From an uncultured cyanobacterium (GTDB taxonomy: Bacteria; Cyanobacteriota; Cyanobacteriia; Cyanobacteriales; Cyanobacteriaceae), in the NCBI GenBank assembly GCA_963749915.1, contig CAVVOP010000012.1:1-22156 (forward strand): a DNA stretch of 22,156 nt, written 5' to 3'. The notes below the pieces were generated by a model. The model was given only the letters and a program-made list of their open reading frames with translations, made no database searches and was not told the origin of the DNA. Positions 16,070 through 22,156 of the stretch are shown here, piece after piece. The translations under genes were made by a program, and so were the position numbers. Each line of letters opens with the position of its first letter. Within the stretch, counting starts at the first letter, position 1.

Positions 16070-17038
16070 ATGGCTGGTAGAAATACAACTCCTCGTCGTA
16101 AAACGACACAAGCGAATAAAACTCCTGTGACAACAGAATCTGTGACAGCAGATATTCCTCAAAGTTCACTCTCCTCGATGACGGTTAAGCTAGAGGCGAT
16201 CGCCGTCCCGGAGCAACAAATACGTCGTTACTTTGACCCTGATAAAATGGCTCAATTAACCGCTTCGGTAAAAGAGCATGGTATTTTAGAAAATTTGCTG
16301 GTACGTCCTCATCCTACACGTAAAGGCTTTTATCAATTAGTGGCAGGGGAAAGGCGTTATCGGGCGGCTAAAGAGGCAAAGTTAACAGAAGTTCCTGTTA
16401 TGGTCAAAGATTTGACTGATGAGGAGGCTTTGGCTATTTCTTTGGTGGAGAATTTGCAACGGGATGATTTAAACCCTGTGGAGGAAACGGAGGGTATTTT
16501 ATTGTTGTTGTCCACGAGACTCAAACTCTCTGTTGCTGAAATTTCTTCAACTCTTTATCGGATGCACAATTTGTTAACGAAGAAAGTTACCAATAACGTT
16601 ATTGGTAAATCGGAAAATGAGAGTGAGGTTGAGATACAAAAGGCAATTGAGGGTATTTTTGCTGAGTTGGGGTTGATGAGTTGGGAGTCTTTTGTCAGTA
16701 ATCGTTTACCTTTGTTAAAGTTACCAGAGGATTTATTGGAGTCTTTACGGAAAGGCAAAATTGCCTATACTAAGGCAAAGGCGATCTCGAAGATTGTGGA
16801 TGCGGATGAGAGGGAGAAGTTATTGGAGGAGGCGATCGAGTCTTCTTTATCTTTGACTCAAATCAATGAGAGGGTAGCAGATATTCTTCCCAAGAAAGAA
16901 AAATATGATCTGAGAAATCGTTTTGATGCTACTTATAAGCAGGTAAGACAAGCGAAGGGTATATGGCAAGATCCTCAGAAGCAGAAAAAGTTGAAGTCTT
17001 TGTTGAAGCAGTTAGAAAACTTAATAGATGAAGGTTGA
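16070..17038 (+). CDS. parB: ParB/Spo0J-family partition protein
   Basis: GILENLLVRP, LVAGERRYRAA, ENLQRDDLNPVEE. Confidence 0.95.
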   Translation: MAGRNTTPRRKTTQANKTPVTTESVTADIPQSSLSSMTVKLEAIAVPEQQIRRYFDPDKMAQLTASVKEHGILENLLVRPHPTRKGFYQLVAGERRYRAAKEAKLTEVPVMVKDLTDEEALAISLVENLQRDDLNPVEETEGILLLLSTRLKLSVAEISSTLYRMHNLLTKKVTNNVIGKSENESEVEIQKAIEGIFAELGLMSWESFVSNRLPLLKLPEDLLESLRKGKIAYTKAKAISKIVDADEREKLLEEAIESSLSLTQINERVADILPKKEKYDLRNRFDATYKQVRQAKGIWQDPQKQKKLKSLLKQLENLIDEG

Positions 17039-17106
17039 TAAGTCTCAGGTAGGTATCAGTAACCAGTGAGCAGTTATCTGTAGTTTTTTGAGGATGGGCG
17101 AGGGAC

Positions 17107-17541
17107 TCATCTTGCAGGAACTTTGAGCAATCCCATGCCCACTTGATGGAAATGGTCATCATCTGTCAAAATCTGATTGATTCCTAATTCTTTCATGACA
17201 ACCATAGATGATAAATCAGTAAAAGAAATTTGTGGTTTATCTAAATATTTTACTCTTAATTTTAAGGTTTGCTCAAATCGTTCAGGAGTTATCCAAATTT
17301 TCTGAAAATTATCATGTTCAAAACTCTTTAGTAATGACTCCATCGAGACTTTAGCTTGATAATTGTTTAATCGTCTAAAGAATAAAGTAAAAGTTTCGTC
17401 CAAAACATAATCTGTTGTATAAAATCTGCCTTTTTGTCGGAGAAAATTGTGATAAAACTCAACAGTTTCTTGATGATAAGTTTCCCGCTTATCATTAAGT
17501 GTTAACCATCCCCAAGTATCGATAAACAAAAGATTATCCAT
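17107..17541 (-). CDS. vapC: PIN-domain toxin (VapC-like)
   Basis: FIDTWGW..YVLDETFT..SFTDLSS..ILTDDDHF. Confidence 0.9.
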   Translation of the reverse strand: MDNLLFIDTWGWLTLNDKRETYHQETVEFYHNFLRQKGRFYTTDYVLDETFTLFFRRLNNYQAKVSMESLLKSFEHDNFQKIWITPERFEQTLKLRVKYLDKPQISFTDLSSMVVMKELGINQILTDDDHFHQVGMGLLKVPAR

Positions 17542-17752
17542 ATAAATCCGAGTCTATCTTATCAGCTAAATTCCCAGATTCTACAGCACCGACAAAATCA
17601 GCGAGAGGATCGATAATTTGCTCTTCATCAGCAGTGGCACTCTCAGAACATTTGAGAGAATGGAGAAAATTTAACACCATGTCTAACTGTTCAAGATCAA
17701 GTTGGTTGATTTCGTTTAAGACTTGTTGACGAACATTAATAAAACTACTCAT
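17534..17752 (-). CDS. Putative antitoxin of the PIN toxin
   Basis: Small acidic ORF overlapping the toxin start; DPLADFVGAV..IDSDLYG. Confidence 0.75.
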   Translation of the reverse strand: MSSFINVRQQVLNEINQLDLEQLDMVLNFLHSLKCSESATADEEQIIDPLADFVGAVESGNLADKIDSDLYG

Positions 17753-17864
17753 AATTGAATATTTTTTGGCACTTGACAGTAGGTTTTATAGATTTATTTT
17801 AGCAAAATACTCTGTAGTCGTTATTCTGAATTGATAAATTAAAAATAGACCAACTGGTCACTGG

Positions 17865-18407
17865 TCACCGATAACTGCTCACTGCCCTCCTCCATTCCCA
17901 AGGTGGTTGACTATTATTATTTTTCCACACTCCTAATTTAGATTTTTGGGCGGTTTTTTCAGCTACAACAATGTCTTGTTTATGGGGACAATTACCAGAG
18001 TATTTTTGATAATGGTAGGCTAAACCTGCTTTGACCATTTCGGCGTTGAGAAAGTTACCATTTATATCAAATAGTTCAGCTACTGTACGTCCATAGCGGT
18101 CGCTTTCGATAGGAGTAAGATATACTTGACCATTACTAAAGGCAACTAGAGAACGTAAATAATCTCTCGATTCTAGCCCCAATTCTTGAGCTTTTTCGGG
18201 GGCATCTATGCCGCAAAATCGGATTTTTAATTCTTCATTTCCTTTAATAACTCTTAAGGTATCCCCATCATAAATGGAACCTTCTTTCACCTGCCATAAT
18301 TCACCAGGAGGATTTTTAGTGAGAACAAGCTGTTGATTAATTAATGAACAACTACTTAGGGCGATCGCTGTGAGAAAGAAAAATGAACGAAAAATGGGGA
18401 AAGACAT
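17865..18407 (-). CDS. Thermonuclease (SNase) family lipoprotein
   Basis: Lipobox LSSC; IYDGDTLRV, IRFCGIDAPE, DRYGRTVA, PPWEWRR. Confidence 0.93.
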   Translation of the reverse strand: MSFPIFRSFFFLTAIALSSCSLINQQLVLTKNPPGELWQVKEGSIYDGDTLRVIKGNEELKIRFCGIDAPEKAQELGLESRDYLRSLVAFSNGQVYLTPIESDRYGRTVAELFDINGNFLNAEMVKAGLAYHYQKYSGNCPHKQDIVVAEKTAQKSKLGVWKNNNSQPPWEWRRAVSSYR

Positions 18408-18410
18408 TTC

Positions 18411-18445
18411 GATTTTGGATTTGGGATTTTAGATTTTGGATTATA
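18411..18445 (+). repeat. Heptamer array (GATTTTG-like) x5
   Basis: gattttg gatttgg gatttta gattttg gattata, directly upstream of the nuclease start. Confidence 0.85.
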
Positions 18446-18588
18446 AAAACATCAACAAACATCTGGCAAACTCTCTAATCTTGGTCAGATTTGGAATTAT
18501 GCTCTTTGGCTCTGGGGATAGGAGAGCTTAAATATATTCTAAAGGAGTGAAATGCTGATGGGAAGGGGGTTAGACAGCACATTTATTT

Positions 18589-18880
18589 GAGCACAAAACA
18601 CAGAATTTCTTGTAATACGGTGTGCCCTTTAGCTAGGCTGAATTGCAGCAGTTAGAGCACAAAAAAGACATGAGCATTTTGTGCTGAGTGAAATAGTTGG
18701 AAGTAAAGAATTGTTAAAAGAGAACACTTTCAGTTGAGCTAATTATTGGTTCTGGGCTCGATTATAATTACCAGCACCAAAACACAGAATTTTTTGTAAT
18801 ATGATGTGTCCTTTGGGGAGACTAAATTTCAGCCATTACAGCACAAAGGAGCACCAAAAATAGATTGTCATTTTGTGCTC
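18589..18880. repeat. Duplicated ~75-bp unit with multiple AGCAC(C)AAA boxes
   Basis: 18590-18664 aligns with 18773-18847; inverted TTTTGTGCT copies near 18677 and 18871. Confidence 0.8.
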
Positions 18881-18907
18881 TCATAGGATAATTTTAAATA
18901 AAGGATT

Positions 18908-19393
18908 GTGGAGAGAAAAATTATGGCAGGAGAAGAAACAGCGAAAGTTGCAACTCTAAAGGAACAAGTTTGGGCAGTAGCTGACCAAATTTTAGCCACT
19001 GGGAGATACCCAAATCGGGATGAAATCTGCCAGGCTCTGGGCAAAAGCTCCCACACCATTGGTTCTCATTTTTCCCAGTGGAAGAAGGTAAATCCGCGCT
19101 CGTCAGTAGTTAAGCAACAGCCGTCGGAAATAGATAACTCGGCTACCAATTCTCAGACTCCTGAAACCAGAGAAGTGGTCAATCACGCCATCAGCGATGA
19201 AGATTTCCAATACAGTGCAGCCAAAGCGGTGGCGGCGGAACATTACTACAAAAAAACTTGGGATTTTACAGTCCCCGGTTTGCGGGAAAATCTAGAAGAA
19301 GCTTTAGCTGAAATTGATGATTTGGCTAGAAACCAAGATGAAAAAAAGGACCCTTTAGGAATGGTCAATTGGCTGATGAGCAGGAGAAAATAA
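18908..19393 (+). CDS. KfrA-N-like HTH DNA-binding protein
   Basis: LKEQVWAVADQILATGRYPNRDEICQALG.S..TIGSHFSQWK; likely start ATG 18923. Confidence 0.7.
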   Translation: MERKIMAGEETAKVATLKEQVWAVADQILATGRYPNRDEICQALGKSSHTIGSHFSQWKKVNPRSSVVKQQPSEIDNSATNSQTPETREVVNHAISDEDFQYSAAKAVAAEHYYKKTWDFTVPGLRENLEEALAEIDDLARNQDEKKDPLGMVNWLMSRRK

Positions 19394-19590
19394 TCATCTA
19401 CCGTCAAGGAGTAACCGATTGTCGGCGATCTCTATTTAAGTCCTGGTTTGCGGGTACGTTAGCATCCTTTGTCATATTGGTTCTAATTCCGGGAGTTAAG
19501 GATTGGCGAACAGTAATGACTACAACCTTTGCCGGAGGTAGTGTCAGTTTCGTGGCTTCCTGGCTAATGGATAGGAGTAGAAGTAGCTAA
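19369..19590 (+). CDS. Small two-helix membrane protein
   Basis: Hydrophobic segments; overlaps the upstream gene end; paralog of 2664-2861. Confidence 0.65.
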   Translation: MADEQEKIIIYRQGVTDCRRSLFKSWFAGTLASFVILVLIPGVKDWRTVMTTTFAGGSVSFVASWLMDRSRSS

Positions 19591-19605
19591 TTTATTATTC
19601 TATTT

Positions 19606-19794
19606 ATGAATAGTAGAGAAATCATTAAAAGTTTAAAAGAAGATGGTTGGTATCAAGTGGGAACGACAGGGAGTCATCATCACTTTAAACATCCAGTTAA
19701 AAAAGGAAAAGTTACTGTTCCCCATCCCAAAAAGGATATTCCTATCAAAACTTTAATAAGTATTGAAAAGCAGTCTGGCATTAAGTTGAGGTAA
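19606..19794 (+). CDS. hicA: HicA-family toxin
   Basis: GWYQVGTTGSHHHFKHP..VTVPHPKKDIP. Confidence 0.95.
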   Translation: MNSREIIKSLKEDGWYQVGTTGSHHHFKHPVKKGKVTVPHPKKDIPIKTLISIEKQSGIKLR

Positions 19795-19797
19795 AAA

Positions 19798-20091
19798 ATG
19801 ACACAATATGTTGCTACCGTTCATAAAGATCAAGATAGTGAATATGGCGTTCAATTTTATGATTTTCCGGGTTGTATTAGTGCTGGCAAAACTATAGAAG
19901 AAGCACGAAAGATGGCAACTGAAGCCTTAACAGGTCATCTTAGTTGGATGGTGGAAGATGGAGATGAAATTCCTACTCCTAGCTCTTTAGAAAATATTTT
20001 AACCGACCGAGATCATCAAGATGCGATCGCTTTTTTAGTCATTGAAATTGCTGACAACCTAATTAGGCCTAAAATTGAGTTGGTTAGTTAG
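19798..20091 (+). CDS. hicB: HicB-family antitoxin
   Basis: YGVQFYDFPGCISAGKTIEEA..IPTPS. Confidence 0.95.
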   Translation: MTQYVATVHKDQDSEYGVQFYDFPGCISAGKTIEEARKMATEALTGHLSWMVEDGDEIPTPSSLENILTDRDHQDAIAFLVIEIADNLIRPKIELVS

Positions 20092-20824
20092 AAAGTAGTA
20101 AATCCAGTTAACGAGAGAATCTTTCGTAGTGATTCCTGTTGAGCTATCTGAGTTTGGATGAATTGGTTTTCTAATCTTTCCTGTTTCTCGATCGCCGCTA
20201 AATAGGAGTTAGTCGAACTGCCACCCATGCGATATTCAATTTCGACCACCTTGGAAATAATTTGATGGTTATTCAGTTGGGCAGTAATCAGAGCAGCCTG
20301 CCTAAGAGCCTCTTCATATTCCAACACTAAGGTTAAGATTTCCTCCCTAGTTTTGTTTTGGATTCTACCTCGGCATAACGCCTCTCCAATTCAGCTCTTT
20401 GTGCTTCGACATTCGCCTTCTTGAGTTCTAAATCAGCAATGGCTATCCTGCTCCTCTGAATGTCACCGCCCCCGAAGATATTCTTAATCCAAGAGAAGGG
20501 ATTGATGATGTTGAGGGGATTAGGAGAGAAGGAATCCGGGATGTAATTAGTCCACAGTTTGCTTTCGGCATAGTTGATGCTCTCACCTGCCAGTCCTAAC
20601 CTTCTATCAAGCAATCCAATTCGTGCTTCCAAGGTTTCGAGTTCAGGAGAATTAGCGATCGCCTTATCAGTCAATAAATCAATGCATTCATCACTACTAT
20701 CTAAACAAGGCAAATCAGTGACCAGCTCCGGAGGGCGCTTCGCACCCCCAAAAGAAGATGAGAAACTAGCTTGCTTGGCTGATACTATCAAAGATGAGTG
20801 TCTTGATTCAAAAACCGGAGTCAC
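20088..20824 (-). pseudogene. Frameshifted helical hypothetical protein (possibly TolC-like)
   Basis: ORFs 20333-20824 and 20088-20327 fuse in frame if one TTTTG copy at 20351-20360 is removed; AIANSPEL motif. Confidence 0.65.
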
Positions 20825-20983
20825 AATGGTGCAATTTTCGCCCGATGACCAGCTTGGTTTGAGGGAAAGTGGACAACAGAATTGGTGAAAGGCAAGTCCT
20901 TATCCCGTTGGAGAGAATGAATTAAGTTAACCATCCCTCACCAAAGACACTTTTTAATTCTATTAGTGACATAATCTAAAAAG

Positions 20984-22156
20984 ATGAGCAAAGTTCCCCG
21001 CAAAAAACAATCTCGGAAAAAAGAGCAAAAAAGTCAAGAGTCTCAATTAACCATCATTAATCCCCATACTGCGGGAATAGATTTGGGTTCAAGAGAACAT
21101 TGGGTTTGTGTCCCACCATCGGCAACGGAATTAAATATTCGTTGTTTTGGTTGTACAACACCGCAATTGTTGGTTTTAGTACAACTGGTTAAGTGATTGT
21201 GGCGTAACTAGCGTAGCTATGGAATCCACAGGAGTAGAATGGCATACCTTATTCAAATTTTAAGTCAACGTAACTTCCAAGTATTTTTGGTCAATGCCAA
21301 AACTGTCAAAAACGTCCCGGGAAGAAAAAGTGATGTACTTGACTGTCAATGGTTGCAACAACTACATAGTTATGGTTTACTGGCTCCTTCCTTTGTACCT
21401 GAAGGTGAAATAGCAGTCTTAAGAAGCTATTTAAGACAAAGAGAAAATTTGATTCAGAGTAGTACTAGCCATGTACAAAGAATGCAAAAAGCACTCACGC
21501 AAATGAATCTACAACTGCACAAAGTTATTAGTGATATTACTGGTGTGACCGGTTTAAATATTCTCCGAGCGATTATTGGGGAGATAAGAAATCCGCAAAA
21601 ACTAGCCCAACTAGCAGATAAAAGGATTAAAAGTAGCCCTGAACAAATAGAATCAGCTTTAACAGGAAATTACCGTGAAGAGATGGTCTTTATCTTACAC
21701 CAAGAATTATCTTTTTATGAATTCTCTCAACAACAATAGTCATACTTGATAGTCAGATTGAGAAATGTTTCAGTAAATTTCCCACAGTCACGGAGCAAAA
21801 GGCTCCAGATTCCTAAAGAAAAGCGTCGTCGTCCCACTCATCCAGCATTTGACTTACACTCTCATCTGTTCGATTACTGGGGTAGATTTTACTACCATGA
21901 TGGCTTAGATGTGGTTACAGTTCAAACAATTATTAGCGAGGTAGGATTAGACCCTTCAAAATTTAAGAGCATTAAACATTTTACCTCTTGGTTAGGGTTG
22001 TGTCCCGGTTGTCGTATTACAGGAGGAAAAGTGAAAAGTTCTCAGACCAGACCAGTGGTGAATCCAGCTGCCACGGCTTTTCGATTAGCAGCACAAGCAG
22101 TTAGCCGTTCTCAGACTGCGTTGGGTGCTTTTTATCGTCGCCTTTGTAGCCGATTA
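20984..22156 (+). pseudogene. IS110-family transposase, frameshifted, runs off window
   Basis: AGIDLGSREH, AMESTG, RKSDVLDCQWL and FTSWLGLCPG..AATAFRLAA motifs across several frames with stops. Confidence 0.93.

Noticed and set aside
1121..20888. Other short antisense ORFs (1121, 1425, 2840, 4613, 6277, 6805, 8323, 8857, 9415, 11969, 13159, 14954, 16555, 16929, 18868, 20574)
   Set aside because: Shadows of well-supported genes on the opposite strand.

Overview
AT-rich, plasmid-like cyanobacterial DNA, judged from at least 13 HIP1 octamers (GCGATCGC) and several heptamer STRR-type arrays. Gene content: acr3, a deleted IS5-family element, two thermonucleases each near a paralogous 'QYSAA..FT(I/V)PGL' gene plus a small membrane gene, and a decayed Tn3-family transposon carrying a tyrosine recombinase. 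It also holds four toxin-antitoxin-like pairs, an intact group II intron inside a Gp157-like gene, ssb, a putative single-strand annealing protein, a SWIM zinc-finger gene, parB and a frameshifted IS110. Main non-obvious observations: (1) Segment 1388-14313 is bounded by a perfect 21-bp direct repeat and splits one gene into circularly permuted halves, as expected for a linearised circle. (2) Several 24-nt double-hairpin elements have inserted in frame into HIP1 sites within genes. (3) A KfrA-like + membrane protein + thermonuclease module occurs twice. (4) A phage-like recombination cluster shares an upstream motif and is bracketed by ssi-like tracts. All family calls come from motif recognition by eye, not database searches.
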